Positions 21,712 to 32,372 of a stretch of DNA of 64,000 bases are shown one piece after another. Origin of the DNA: Promethearchaeota archaeon (lineage in GTDB: Archaea > Asgardarchaeota > Lokiarchaeia > Sigyniarchaeales > SOKP01). Each line of letters begins with the position of its first letter. Position 1 is the stretch's first letter. Under the pieces are notes generated by a model, which had not been told where the DNA came from, searched no databases, and saw only the letters and a program-made list of their open reading frames with translations. Location: positions 64,001 to 128,000 of the forward strand of contig JAUVXW010000005.1 in NCBI GenBank assembly GCA_030603385.1, in the 5' to 3' direction. The translations under genes were made by a program, and so were the position numbers.

Positions 21712-23313
21712 ATGGCTCTTTGGAAATCAATAGCTAAAAATGAGATACGGTTAAGAACAAGTCTTTTTCGCAATAACAGAGTGTTATTTTTAATCATTTT
21801 GTATAGTTTGCTACTAATATGGGCATTTTTTCTATGTCCCGCTATTTTTGATCTTTTTATGCCGACTTTAGTGGATATAGTAGGTTCTGAAATCTTAATG
21901 GCTGTTTCTCTTCTAATTGAATTTGGTATGATGGCTTTTTTTCTTATTATCTTAATTTATCCACTAAATACGGTATATAGAAAAACTGAAATTGGCTTTA
22001 AAGAAATTTTATTAGCATCTCCTGCTACCTCTGGAGATATATTTTTAGGTGAATTTGTAGGAAAATTTCCTATTTATACTGCTATTATTTTAATTATAAC
22101 TCCCCTCATAATAGGAATGCTAAATCCTATTATTAACTTTAATACATTCCAATATAGTATCATATATGTATGCATATTTGGGATGGTACTTTTTGCTGCT
22201 TTACTTGGCTCTATTATTTCATCTTGGCTCGAACATAAAATAGCGAGAAATGAACGTGCTCGAGATTTAGGTAAGGTTCTAATGTTTCTTCTTTCAATTG
22301 CAATGGTTGCATTAATTTATACTTTACAGTTTTTATTTAATTATCTTATAAATAATCCACAATTAAGGAATTGGGTTAGTTTCTATCCCTCGATATGGTT
22401 TTCGAATATTATTTTATACTTTATAGAACCAAACTTGATAAACACCTATTTTTTAAATATATGGTATAGTAGTTTACTTGCTATAACTATTCCCGCATTT
22501 ATTATGTATATAGCTTATAAAAAAGCAGAGGTTTTTTTTACAGTAGAAGGTGGTATTGAAAAAATTACTTCAGTAATTGAAACAGAGAATGTATTTTATT
22601 TACTGATTAGAAGACTTACAGGTCATAAATGGGAAGGATTAATAATTGCTCAATTAAAAGACTTTTTAAGAAAAAGAGAAACAATTATGAAAATCATTTA
22701 TGTATGTGGGATAGTGAGTGTTTTGGGAGTCATATTTTCCTTTACCTTGGGTACAGAAGATTTAATGAGTCAATCAATGATTATTATAATGATTATTGTC
22801 ATGGGAGGAATTATGTATGGATTACTTTTTGGTAGTTATATTTTTGTTGGGACTAAAGATTTAATTTGGGTTTATAAAAGGAGTCCCAGAAATGTTCGAG
22901 CATTAGTTTATTCATATATGTTAGCAATGTTAATACTTAATATAATAATTACATTAGGGCTCACAATTTTTTTTACGATATATTTTGAATTTAATTTCTT
23001 CACTGTTATATTTTTCTTTGCTTTTTATTTAATCTATAATCAATTAGTTATATTTCAAGCTATTGGAATTCAATGTTTTAGCCCCTCATTTGAAGAAAAA
23101 GGTCGAGCTATGACTACTAATAATTTAATACTGATGGTTCTACAAATGGTTCCATTTCAATTTATTCTAATAGTACTCTTAATAGTTTTTACCCCACCTT
23201 CATCTCCTGACCTTATGAAATTCTACTTTTTAAGTCCAATATTACTATTATCGGCATCTATTGCAATACCAATATTAATTTTTGGTATTAACAAAATAAG
23301 CAGAATTGAATAA
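21712..23313 (+). CDS. ABC exporter permease-like membrane protein
   Basis: Polytopic, directly after the ATPase; ATG 21712 preferred to the overlapping TTG 21661. Confidence 0.75.
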   Translation: MALWKSIAKNEIRLRTSLFRNNRVLFLIILYSLLLIWAFFLCPAIFDLFMPTLVDIVGSEILMAVSLLIEFGMMAFFLIILIYPLNTVYRKTEIGFKEILLASPATSGDIFLGEFVGKFPIYTAIILIITPLIIGMLNPIINFNTFQYSIIYVCIFGMVLFAALLGSIISSWLEHKIARNERARDLGKVLMFLLSIAMVALIYTLQFLFNYLINNPQLRNWVSFYPSIWFSNIILYFIEPNLINTYFLNIWYSSLLAITIPAFIMYIAYKKAEVFFTVEGGIEKITSVIETENVFYLLIRRLTGHKWEGLIIAQLKDFLRKRETIMKIIYVCGIVSVLGVIFSFTLGTEDLMSQSMIIIMIIVMGGIMYGLLFGSYIFVGTKDLIWVYKRSPRNVRALVYSYMLAMLILNIIITLGLTIFFTIYFEFNFFTVIFFFAFYLIYNQLVIFQAIGIQCFSPSFEEKGRAMTTNNLILMVLQMVPFQFILIVLLIVFTPPSSPDLMKFYFLSPILLLSASIAIPILIFGINKISRIE

Positions 23314-23351
23314 AATATATTAATAATAATCTTTTGAAACTATAAAGAAAT

Positions 23352-25169
23352 TTATTTTGCATAACTTCCAAATTGTGGGAATGTTTTCAATTGCTCTGAA
23401 TTGAATATTGGGCCATCTTTGCAAACAGAAATGTCATTATCTACACCTATGCAACATGAACCGCATAAACCTACTCCACATTTCATTTTTCTCTCGAGAG
23501 AAGCCTGAATTTTAATGTTTTTTGATTCAGCTAGATCTAGTACTTTTTTCATCATAACTTCTGGACCACACGTAATAATTAAATCTATATTATCATTGGT
23601 TATAATATCTTCAATAGTGTCTGTTACATAACATTTTCTCCCAAAAGAACCGTCATCCGTAGTACAGGTCGTATTTGGAATAAGTTCTATCAATCTATCT
23701 GCAAAAATTAAAGAGGTTTTATCTTGAGCTCCAATTGTTACATTTACATTTTTTCGATTATGTTTTAACGGCTCTATTAATGATGTTATAGCAGCGATCC
23801 CCATACCTCCTCCGACAATAAGAATATTAGAAGCATCTTCGTAATTCCATGACTTTCCAAAAGGACCTCTTATACCCATACTATCCCCTACTTTAAGATC
23901 AAATAATTTAGCAGTACCTTCACCAATCTTCTGGACTGTAATTTCAATAAGACTCCCTTCTATTTTTGAAATTGACATTGGTAAAAAATCTATATCTGGA
24001 AGCCATAGGATCACAAACATGCCAGGTCTATAACCCCTCGCAATCTTTTCGTTCCTAACTATAAAGCTTTTAATTTCTGATGAATGGTTTATTATAGATT
24101 CAATTTTCACAATGTCAGTTTTACACCGAGTAATATCTAATACCAGTTCTTCATTAGTTTTAGTTAGAGGTTTAGTTTCAAGAAATCCCTTCTCTACCGC
24201 CAAATCATAAATCTCTTTTCCTCTATAAGTCCTAATAATTATAGTTTTCCAACCATTATCGCTTCCGATATTACCAATAGAAATATCTGCAAATGAAGCT
24301 GTATAATCAGAACATGAAAAGCATGCATTTCGAATAGATTTATCATAAATATAATTTAGTGGAATCTCCTTAATGCTTGAATTCGTATGTATTTTCATTT
24401 TAAATGTTCCCTTATCATTATTAATTTTAATAATTTCATCGCTTTTGATGTCATATTCATTAAAACATTGATCAATTAGTTGATTATAATAAGTTCCAAA
24501 ACAAAAGGTACCTATTGCTAGAGAGACTAGATCATATGCCTCAAAATCGAATATATGATGATTCTGTATCTTACGTAAAGCTTGAATTTGACAGGGAGTA
24601 CCAACTACAGCAATATTTGTAAATTCTCTATTAATTGCATCCCCAACTAATGATAATGTTGGGCTCTGGCTTGGCTTATAACCTATTCCTTTGAAAATCT
24701 CTTTTTTACTTGCTGCAATTATAGGAAATGGTACAAATTTTTCATCTTTATCTGTAATTATTGTAGCATCTATTAAACCCGCCTCCATTGCTGTAAATAA
24801 TAAGGAAGTAATGGGACCAGCTTCGTTAGGTAGGTGCTCTTTAGCTTTATCTGTTAGTTTAATAGATAAAATATCTATATAATGTCCTAAAATTTGATCT
24901 TTTTCTTTTCCAAAAACCCATTTATCTAACAAAGAGAGGGATATTTGATCTGTCCCAGTTTTTGGACATAAATTATAACATAAGCCAAACCCATCCCTAC
25001 ATGTATTACTATCTTTGCATGAACCATCTTCAATTGGAATCTCTTTTAAGGTATCAAATTTTATATCCGCACAAAACGCTCCACATGCCCCACAATATAC
25101 GCATTTACCCGTTTTAATGATTTCAGTTTCTAATTCCTGCCAACCTTTTTTTATTTTTTCAACATACAT
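23352..25169 (-). CDS. Fusion: FrhB/FdhB-type F420-binding Fe-S flavodomain + PyrK-type FAD/NAD/[2Fe-2S] electron-transfer domain
   Basis: CVYCGACGAFC, GTPCQIQALRK, IGTFC, CFSCSDY..FADISIG (FrhB); RGPFG, GGGMGIA, CGPEVMM, MKCGVGLCGSC..CKDGP (PyrK). Confidence 0.85.
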   Translation of the reverse strand: MYVEKIKKGWQELETEIIKTGKCVYCGACGAFCADIKFDTLKEIPIEDGSCKDSNTCRDGFGLCYNLCPKTGTDQISLSLLDKWVFGKEKDQILGHYIDILSIKLTDKAKEHLPNEAGPITSLLFTAMEAGLIDATIITDKDEKFVPFPIIAASKKEIFKGIGYKPSQSPTLSLVGDAINREFTNIAVVGTPCQIQALRKIQNHHIFDFEAYDLVSLAIGTFCFGTYYNQLIDQCFNEYDIKSDEIIKINNDKGTFKMKIHTNSSIKEIPLNYIYDKSIRNACFSCSDYTASFADISIGNIGSDNGWKTIIIRTYRGKEIYDLAVEKGFLETKPLTKTNEELVLDITRCKTDIVKIESIINHSSEIKSFIVRNEKIARGYRPGMFVILWLPDIDFLPMSISKIEGSLIEITVQKIGEGTAKLFDLKVGDSMGIRGPFGKSWNYEDASNILIVGGGMGIAAITSLIEPLKHNRKNVNVTIGAQDKTSLIFADRLIELIPNTTCTTDDGSFGRKCYVTDTIEDIITNDNIDLIITCGPEVMMKKVLDLAESKNIKIQASLERKMKCGVGLCGSCCIGVDNDISVCKDGPIFNSEQLKTFPQFGSYAK

Positions 25170-25173
25170 AGTT

Positions 25174-25770
25174 TTAGTTTTCCTCTTTTAATTTCCTAAT
25201 AAAATCTAGAGCCTCTTTTTTTCCAAGTTCAAATGCTTCCAGATTTTTTTCTAATGTAGAACTAGGTACAAATTTTTTCAGAGTTTCTATAGCTGATTCT
25301 TCAGAAATTATCCCAGAAAGGATTGTAAAAGCCCCAAAAAGGATTGAATTACCAAATACAATATTCCCAAATTTTTCAACAGCTATTTTCTGAACAGGAA
25401 TACTTAAAGCTTTTTTGATATTTCTCACAGCTCCAAACTTCTGTATAGTTGATGGATCCCAAAGTAAATATCCTGTATTTTCACCTTTCTTAATATAATC
25501 AGGATTAACACTGGCAGCAGATTCCCCAGAAAGTATTATTAAAAAATCATATGGTCTTAAAGCTTGAGGATAATCAATAGTTTCAATATTTTTATCTAAT
25601 TCTACTATAACTTCTGCCCAGCATCGACCTCCTCTAGCTGAAGCAGAATAGGCTTCTGTTTGAGTTGCCGCTAGATTTTCATATAATGATACAGCAGTTA
25701 TTATCATCTTTGAAAGAGTAATTACTCCTTGCCCACCAAATCCCGCTATACGTATTTCATATCGAACCAT
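25174..25770 (-). CDS. 2-oxoacid:ferredoxin oxidoreductase gamma subunit
   Basis: EIRIAGFGGQGVI, Y...ARGG, N..AFELG. Confidence 0.9.
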   Translation of the reverse strand: MVRYEIRIAGFGGQGVITLSKMIITAVSLYENLAATQTEAYSASARGGRCWAEVIVELDKNIETIDYPQALRPYDFLIILSGESAASVNPDYIKKGENTGYLLWDPSTIQKFGAVRNIKKALSIPVQKIAVEKFGNIVFGNSILFGAFTILSGIISEESAIETLKKFVPSSTLEKNLEAFELGKKEALDFIRKLKEEN

Positions 25771-25773
25771 TTA

Positions 25774-26691
25774 TTATTTTCCCTCCATTGCGATTTTCTT
25801 AATTTTAGCGTATTCTTCTGAGTATTCTGGTTTGTTAGGATCTATTTTAAACTCTCCAATAACATATTTATTTAATAATTCCTCTTCTGTCATGAATTTT
25901 GCTTGGTTAATACGTATACTGTTCCTTTTTATCCAATCAATCATTATGCCAGTGTTTTCCATTTTTTGTCCTTCTATACCTAAATTTTCAGCTCCTAAAT
26001 TATCCAGATTTTTTCTCCCAAAATATGTAACGCATGGAGTAATTACTTCTATTACTGAAGTACCTTTATGCTTTAGTGCCTTTCTAAAATATTTCATTAA
26101 CGTACGAGGATGTGCTACTGTTGTTCGTGTAACATAAGTCGCTCCAGCAGTTAGAGCAAGCTTTATTCCATCAATCCTATTTTCAAACATTTTATATGGT
26201 GTGGTAGTGCTCATAGCTCCAAATAAAGTCGTTGGTGCTCCTTGCCCTCCAGTCATTGCATAAATACTATTATTAAAAATGAAAATTATGCAATCAAGGT
26301 TTCTTCGGCAAATATGCATAAAATGGTTCCCCCCTATTCCAAGACAATCACCATCTCCAGAAAATATTATAGGCTTCATTTTTGGATTTGCCATTTTCAT
26401 ACCAGTAGCAAGTCCAGGTGCTCGACCATGCAGTGCTAGGATTCTTTGAGTAGCATGATGTAGTGTTAATAATATTTGGCCATAACAACCGATCCCGATA
26501 ACCATAGGATATAATTTTGGATCTAGTTTTTCATCTTCAAAAACACGATTAAAAAGATGACCAATGATTCCATAACCACATCCTGCGCAGAAAAGAGAGA
26601 AATAACTATTGAAGTATTTACCTGGCATAGATATTGAAAGATATGGATGTTCTGGTTTTTCACTTGGATACATAGGTGGTAATCCTGACAT
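25774..26691 (-). CDS. 2-oxoacid:ferredoxin oxidoreductase beta subunit
   Basis: FCAGCGYG, GIGC, HGRA, GDGD TPP motif, NNSIYAMTGGQ. Confidence 0.92.
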   Translation of the reverse strand: MSGLPPMYPSEKPEHPYLSISMPGKYFNSYFSLFCAGCGYGIIGHLFNRVFEDEKLDPKLYPMVIGIGCYGQILLTLHHATQRILALHGRAPGLATGMKMANPKMKPIIFSGDGDCLGIGGNHFMHICRRNLDCIIFIFNNSIYAMTGGQGAPTTLFGAMSTTTPYKMFENRIDGIKLALTAGATYVTRTTVAHPRTLMKYFRKALKHKGTSVIEVITPCVTYFGRKNLDNLGAENLGIEGQKMENTGIMIDWIKRNSIRINQAKFMTEEELLNKYVIGEFKIDPNKPEYSEEYAKIKKIAMEGK

Positions 26692-27863
26692 TATTTTACC
26701 ACCTCCCTTATCTTTTCTAAAATATCGTTTGGATGGTGAAAATCACAAACCTTTGGGATCCGTATGATCGGTGTTTCTAATTTAGTTACTCTTTCGACTT
26801 GTTCAGCAATGATCCCTGTATAATTTAGTTCAGGCACAATTACAGCTTTGGCATCCTTAACTACTTTTTTTACTTTTTCATCTGGAAATGGCCATACTGT
26901 TATAAGCCTAAAAATTCCTACTTTAATTCCTTCCTTACGTGCTATATCAACAGCCCGATAACTTGTTCTTACAGGTAATCCATAAGAAATGATGACTATC
27001 TCAGCATCTTCTAATTTATATTCTTCAGTAAGAGAAATTTTATCCATATTTGATTTAATTTTATCAATTAACATCTGAGTAAAGGGTAATGCCAATCTGC
27101 GGGAAGACATTCCATTAGGGTTATGAGCTTGATGAAGAAACATTAGTGGAACATAATCAGTACCCATGATTGGTGCTTTAGGAGTTATATATTTGTTTGT
27201 AGTTGGATCCATATATGTAAATTTGTTTTCAAAATTATTAGGCAGTTCACGTGGAATAACTTTCTTCATAATTTCTTCTTTTGGTGGGATATAAATTGCT
27301 TCATGAAGGTGTCCCAAGTAAGCGTCGGAGATAATGAAGACAGGACAACGATAAGTTTCAGCAAAATTAAATGCTGTAATTGTTAAATCAAAAAGTTCTT
27401 GACAGTTCATTGGTGCTAATGCTATAACTCCAAATTCACCATTACCAGCAAAGCGCATTAATCCCAAATCATTATGGTGTGGTTCAGTTACAAAACCTGT
27501 ACCTGGACCGTTCCTTTGAACATCACAAAATACAAAGGGGATCTCTAGACAAGCTGCCATACTTATTGTTTCCACCATCAAGGAAAAACCTGGACCTGAT
27601 GTCGCGGTCATTGATTTTGCTCCAACAAGAGAAGCACCCATAATAGCATTAATCGAGGCTAATTCATCCTCCATTTGCATACAAACTCCACCAACCTCAG
27701 GCATTCTTTTAGCTAAATGCTCAATAACCTCTGTGCTTGGAGTAATTGGATAACCCCCAAAGAATTCGAGACCCGCAGCTAAAGCACCTTCTGACATTGC
27801 TACATTACCCATCATTACATATTTACCTTCCGGTAAAAATCTTTTATTATTTTCTTTACTCAT
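26691..27863 (-). CDS. 2-oxoacid:ferredoxin oxidoreductase alpha subunit
   Basis: GYPITPSTE, QMEDE, TATSGPGFSL; ATG 27863 follows GGAGGT RBS. Confidence 0.92.
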   Translation of the reverse strand: MSKENNKRFLPEGKYVMMGNVAMSEGALAAGLEFFGGYPITPSTEVIEHLAKRMPEVGGVCMQMEDELASINAIMGASLVGAKSMTATSGPGFSLMVETISMAACLEIPFVFCDVQRNGPGTGFVTEPHHNDLGLMRFAGNGEFGVIALAPMNCQELFDLTITAFNFAETYRCPVFIISDAYLGHLHEAIYIPPKEEIMKKVIPRELPNNFENKFTYMDPTTNKYITPKAPIMGTDYVPLMFLHQAHNPNGMSSRRLALPFTQMLIDKIKSNMDKISLTEEYKLEDAEIVIISYGLPVRTSYRAVDIARKEGIKVGIFRLITVWPFPDEKVKKVVKDAKAVIVPELNYTGIIAEQVERVTKLETPIIRIPKVCDFHHPNDILEKIREVVK

Positions 27864-27876
27864 TATATTTACCTCC

Positions 27877-28149
27877 TTAAGTTTTAGCTTTCTCACTAGA
27901 CGTCTCTTTTTCGTCTAAAACATAGATACACCAGTCTGGACATAAATACTCACAACGTCTGCATCCAGTGCAATATTTTTCCTTACCTTCCTTTACTTTT
28001 GGGATATATGCAATCCTGTAATTTAATTCATCACTCATTTCTAAAATACCAGTGGGGCATATGGCGATACACGCTCTACAACCACCACATCTACCCTTAT
28101 TTAAAAATAATGAAAACTTATTTTCTTTATTCTCGATTAATTTCGGAAT
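27877..28149 (-). CDS. 2x[4Fe-4S] ferredoxin (delta subunit of the 2-oxoacid oxidoreductase); absent from ORF track, apparent ATT start
   Basis: Hand translation: (I/M)PKLIENKENKFSLFLNKGRCGGCRACIAICPTG...KYCTGCRRCEYLCPDWCIYVLDEKETSSEKAKT*; no ATG/GTG/TTG before the first Cys motif. Confidence 0.85.
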   Translation of the reverse strand: MPKLIENKENKFSLFLNKGRCGGCRACIAICPTGILEMSDELNYRIAYIPKVKEGKEKYCTGCRRCEYLCPDWCIYVLDEKETSSEKAKT

Positions 28150-28313
28150 ATTCTATCAACTTCCTATTTTTTCAATTATAATTAGAAAATATTCTAATAA
28201 TTATAAATCTCAATCAATTTTGTATTAAGTTTTTCTTTAATATCGCAAATAATATAAAAAGACAAATAAGTTTATTTATAATATTTGAATTTATTGATAA
28301 AGGACTTAATAAT

Positions 28314-29030
28314 ATGCCTCTTAAACCAATGGAACCTTTAGGGTTAGCTCTAAAAGAATTCTATGAAGGAAATAAACAGGCTAAAGTAATTTTCCATAGA
28401 GATGATGGGTTAAGAGATAATCACTATGTTTTTCATTATTTTCACACTGAAAAAGAATTTTCTTTAATAGAAAAATAAGCAATTGCATTATGTCGTGGAA
28501 AGGTTTTAGATATTGGGGCAGGTGTAGGCCCTCATAGCCTCGAACTTCAAAAAAGGGGATTAGAAGTATATGCCATTGATATTTCTCTCAACGCATGTGA
28601 AATTATGAAAAAGATAGGTATTAAAAATGTTAGATGCTTGATAGTTTATGATTTAGATGAAAGAAATTTTAACACGATATTATTAATGGGAAGGGCTATT
28701 GGATTTGTTGAGGATTTATTAGGATTAAAGAAATTTTTGAACTTCTGTAAGAGTTTACTAACCCCAGATGGATATATCTTATTGGATTCATTAGATGTAC
28801 GATCAACCACAGTTCCAGAACATTTAGTATATCAAGAGAGAAATCAAAAATTAGGACGTTATATCGGAGTAATAGGGCTTCAAATGGAATATAAAGGTAA
28901 GTTAGGGGAAAAATTCAAACTCTTACATGTTGATCCTCAAACATTAAAAGAGTTTGCTAAAGAAACGGGTTGGTCATGTGAAATTTTGAATAATGAAAAT
29001 GGAAATTATTTAGCTAAAATCTTCAAATAA
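28314..29030 (+). pseudogene. Class I SAM-dependent methyltransferase with premature TAA
   Basis: ATG 28314 is in frame with ORF 28605; TAA at 28476-28478 lies just before motif I VLDIGAGVG. Confidence 0.8.
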
Positions 29031-29035
29031 CTTCT

Positions 29036-29557
29036 TTATTTCTTTAATTCTTCAATGATTTGTTTTTCTAGACCTCCAGCTTTAAGAAGATTTAAAAGAA
29101 TTGGGTGAACTTTTGTTCCTTTGAATTTTTTACCAGTAGTTAAGTTTGAGGCTTCCGCATTAGGAATATTAATTTCAATTTCGTCTCCCGTCTTGAATTC
29201 CTTAGAAATATCATTAATTTCCAATAGAGGGAGAGCGAGAGCAAATGAGGATCGATAAAAAATCCTGGCAAACGATTCCGCTATTATAGCAACAATTCCT
29301 TTTTGTTGAAGAATTGAGGGTGCTGTTTCTCGACTTGAGCCACAACCAAAATTTCTACCTGCTACAATGATATCACCATCTTGCACTTTATATGCAAAAT
29401 CCTTGTTGATCGTTTCACAAGTATGTTTTGCCATTTCTTTTGGATCATTTATATATTGACTAGGTGAAATGGCATCAGTATCAACATTATCAGGAAAAAC
29501 CCAAACTTTTCCTTTTAAAACATCGCTATATTTTTTATCTTTTCGTGAAATTTTCAA
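29036..29557 (-). CDS. leuD: 3-isopropylmalate dehydratase/homoaconitase small subunit
   Basis: DNVDTDAISP, NFGCGSSRE, ESFARIFYR. Confidence 0.85.
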   Translation of the reverse strand: MKISRKDKKYSDVLKGKVWVFPDNVDTDAISPSQYINDPKEMAKHTCETINKDFAYKVQDGDIIVAGRNFGCGSSRETAPSILQQKGIVAIIAESFARIFYRSSFALALPLLEINDISKEFKTGDEIEINIPNAEASNLTTGKKFKGTKVHPILLNLLKAGGLEKQIIEELKK

Positions 29558-29564
29558 TCACCTT

Positions 29565-30833
29565 TTAAAAATCTCTTGGATCTGTTATCTCTCCTTTTAA
29601 TGCAGAAGCAGCTACGGTTGCTGGCGATCCTAAATAAACTTTTGAATTAATACTTCCCATTCGACCCTGAAAATTTCTATTTGAGCTAGATATACATGTT
29701 TCACCCGGAGCAAGAATTCCTCCTTGACCTCCAAAACAAGCACCACAACTAGGATTTGTAATAATTGCTCCTGCATTTATTAAAATTTTAAAAATGCCCG
29801 ATTTTGATGCTTCTAACCAAATCCTTTTTGAAGCGGGTGTTACAATCAATCGAACATCTCTATGAATTTCTTCTCCCTCTAATATCTTTGCAGCTATTTC
29901 CAAGTCTTCATACCTTCCATTTGTACAAGATCCTAGAAATGCTTGGTTAATTTTTGTACCTTCTACATCAGAAACAGTTTTTACATTATCTATTGTATGT
30001 GGGCAAGAAACTTGAGGCTCTAAATCGTTAACTTCCATTTCATAAATCTTTTCATATATCGCATCATAACCAGGTTTTACTAACTTGAAGGGTTCTTTAG
30101 TTCTCTCTTTAATCCAATGAACCACTTTCTGATCAGGAACTCCAAATGCAAATTTTGCTCCTAATTCTAAGGCAAAATTAGACATTGTCATTCTTGAGGC
30201 AATACTTAATTTTTCCATAGTTTTTCCAGTAAATTCTATTGACTTATAACTAGCAACTTCAGCCGTATAATCTCCAGCAATTTTGATGATAATATCTTTA
30301 CTCATCACATTATGAGGAAGATTGCCAGAGATATTGAATTTTATAGTATGGGGTATCTTAAACCATAATTCTCCCTTCAAGTATGCATAAAAAAGATCAG
30401 TATTCCCAACACCACAACTTGCTGCATTGAAAGCCCCATATGTTGTTGTATGGCTATCTCCTCCTACTATTAGCATACCTGGTCTGACATGACCTTTTTC
30501 AGGTAGAACTTGATGACAAATACCTTCTCTAATATCATAAAAATTAGCTATTCCTTGCTTCTTTACAAATTTTCGAATCAAATCATGAATAGCAGCCCAT
30601 CTTTCGGTTGGAGCGGGATTATAGTGGTCAAATAATATTACAATTTTATTTGGATCAAATACCTTTCTTTTCTTCAAGGGTTTAATTTTGTTAAAATCTA
30701 AAGAAACCTTTGCTGTACCAAAATGGCTCATAATCAGATCGATTTTTGCATTTATAATGTCCCCCGGTTTGATGTTATTTTCTGAAAGATTATGTGCTAA
30801 TAAAATTTTTTCTGCAATTGTTTTTCCAATCAT
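29565..30833 (-). CDS. leuC: 3-isopropylmalate dehydratase/homoaconitase large subunit
   Basis: GICHQV, DSHTTTYG, GSCTNGR, CGACFG, NRNFQGRMG. Confidence 0.88.
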   Translation of the reverse strand: MIGKTIAEKILLAHNLSENNIKPGDIINAKIDLIMSHFGTAKVSLDFNKIKPLKKRKVFDPNKIVILFDHYNPAPTERWAAIHDLIRKFVKKQGIANFYDIREGICHQVLPEKGHVRPGMLIVGGDSHTTTYGAFNAASCGVGNTDLFYAYLKGELWFKIPHTIKFNISGNLPHNVMSKDIIIKIAGDYTAEVASYKSIEFTGKTMEKLSIASRMTMSNFALELGAKFAFGVPDQKVVHWIKERTKEPFKLVKPGYDAIYEKIYEMEVNDLEPQVSCPHTIDNVKTVSDVEGTKINQAFLGSCTNGRYEDLEIAAKILEGEEIHRDVRLIVTPASKRIWLEASKSGIFKILINAGAIITNPSCGACFGGQGGILAPGETCISSSNRNFQGRMGSINSKVYLGSPATVAASALKGEITDPRDF

Positions 30834-30920
30834 TTAATAACATCTAATAAGAATTGTATAAAATTAATTATTCCACAAAATAAATAAAATGCAATTTTTC
30901 ATATATTTCTCCAAAATGAT

Positions 30921-32348
30921 TTATTTTACATACGTTGAAGCGATTTTATCTAACTCGTTCTGAAGTGATACTTCAATAGGTTTTACAGGAGGCTTATCAA
31001 GTAATTTAGTAGCTTCCTCTTTTGCCCTTTTTCTCGCTGATTTGGATCCCTGTTTTCTCCATGAATCCCGAGTCATTCTGTCTATTATTGGGCTTGGAAG
31101 AAACAGTTCTTTTCTAAAATATTTCAAAGTAGATGGGTGAGAAAGTAATTCTTCTTTATCTTCATAATCTTTTAAAATTTCTGAAGCAAATGGTGTCCCA
31201 TAATCCTCAATTCCCTTAATAAACCTTTGTACCATACCCACTATTTCATTATCAATTATTAATTTTTCTATACTTTGAGTAGATTCGAAGTCAAGCATTC
31301 CTGGACCTGAAATCATATTAATCCCTGCGAGACCCCCAAGCAAAGCACCCATTCCTGCTTCAAAGCCAGCCTGACAATCAGGAATTTTAGAGTCACTGAG
31401 CGACATATAAGCGTGTGTTGGTAATTTTAAGAATTTGCCCATTTCAACATCTCCAAGATTAATCATCATTGTTTCAATAGCACCCATTGGAGTTGTCCCA
31501 TATTTCATATCAAATACAGCAGGAGAACCACCCCAAATTAATGGAGCTCCTTCCTTTGCTAATTGAACAATTACTACTCCTGCAAGGCATTCAGCACAAT
31601 GTTGAGTAATAGAGCCAATCAGAGTAATTGGAGCACTCGCTCCCGCTAATGGCATTGACACAAATTCAGAAGGTATCATGCTTTTTGCAGCATCAATTAG
31701 TGATTGTGTAGTTAGATCAGACCATTTTAACGGTGGACTGGGACAAGCATCAAATATAGCTAATGGTTTTCGAGCTAAATCATCTTCCGAGGTTCTACAT
31801 GCTAATAAGATCTCTTTCATAATAGAAAAACTTTCTTTTCTAAATGTCCCGGTCACTATTGGTTTATAACAATTGGATAATGCTAAATATAAACGATGCC
31901 AATCTTGAGCATTATTCGGAACATCTTGATAGATCAATGCTGTGCTTTGAGCATCAATATATTTTAATTGTTCAACAACCTTAGAAAATCGAATAAAATC
32001 TTTAGATTGTCCATCTCTTATTTTTCCGGTATTTTCGTCAAGTATGAAAATAGCAGCTGAACCAGGATCAAAATGAACTTGATCATCTCTTAAGGTAATA
32101 TGCTCCTCTCCATCTCTATCGAATAGGGTAATTTGATGAGGAACCGAATCTAAGCATTTGTCTATCAAATCTGGGGGAAGTAAATAACGCGCACCCCCAT
32201 GATTTAAACCTTTTTGTTCAAACATTTCGATTGCTTGCTGATTTTCAATGAAAACTCCTTGAGTTCCTAAAATTGATTTGGCTTCATCTAATATTAATTT
32301 CTTGTGTTCATCATCTAATACGTTAATTTTTGGTCTTAATATTGGCAT
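30921..32348 (-). CDS. Non-pyrrolysine MttB-superfamily (trimethylamine/quaternary amine) methyltransferase
   Basis: SPPLKW, MPLAGASAPITL.G, LSDSKIPDCQAGFE (Leu where Pyl would sit), GMLDF; no in-frame TAG. Confidence 0.9.
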   Translation of the reverse strand: MPILRPKINVLDDEHKKLILDEAKSILGTQGVFIENQQAIEMFEQKGLNHGGARYLLPPDLIDKCLDSVPHQITLFDRDGEEHITLRDDQVHFDPGSAAIFILDENTGKIRDGQSKDFIRFSKVVEQLKYIDAQSTALIYQDVPNNAQDWHRLYLALSNCYKPIVTGTFRKESFSIMKEILLACRTSEDDLARKPLAIFDACPSPPLKWSDLTTQSLIDAAKSMIPSEFVSMPLAGASAPITLIGSITQHCAECLAGVVIVQLAKEGAPLIWGGSPAVFDMKYGTTPMGAIETMMINLGDVEMGKFLKLPTHAYMSLSDSKIPDCQAGFEAGMGALLGGLAGINMISGPGMLDFESTQSIEKLIIDNEIVGMVQRFIKGIEDYGTPFASEILKDYEDKEELLSHPSTLKYFRKELFLPSPIIDRMTRDSWRKQGSKSARKRAKEEATKLLDKPPVKPIEVSLQNELDKIASTYVK

Positions 32349-32372
32349 ATAATTACCTTTTTATTTGTATTT

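Noticed and set aside
28476-28478. TAA in the methyltransferase as recoding or an intron
   Set aside because: Single-codon nonsense change with no extra sequence or BHB-like fold; TAA is not recoded.
30921-32348. MttB as a pyrrolysine enzyme
   Set aside because: ORF is continuous with no TAG; Leu occupies the position before SDSK.
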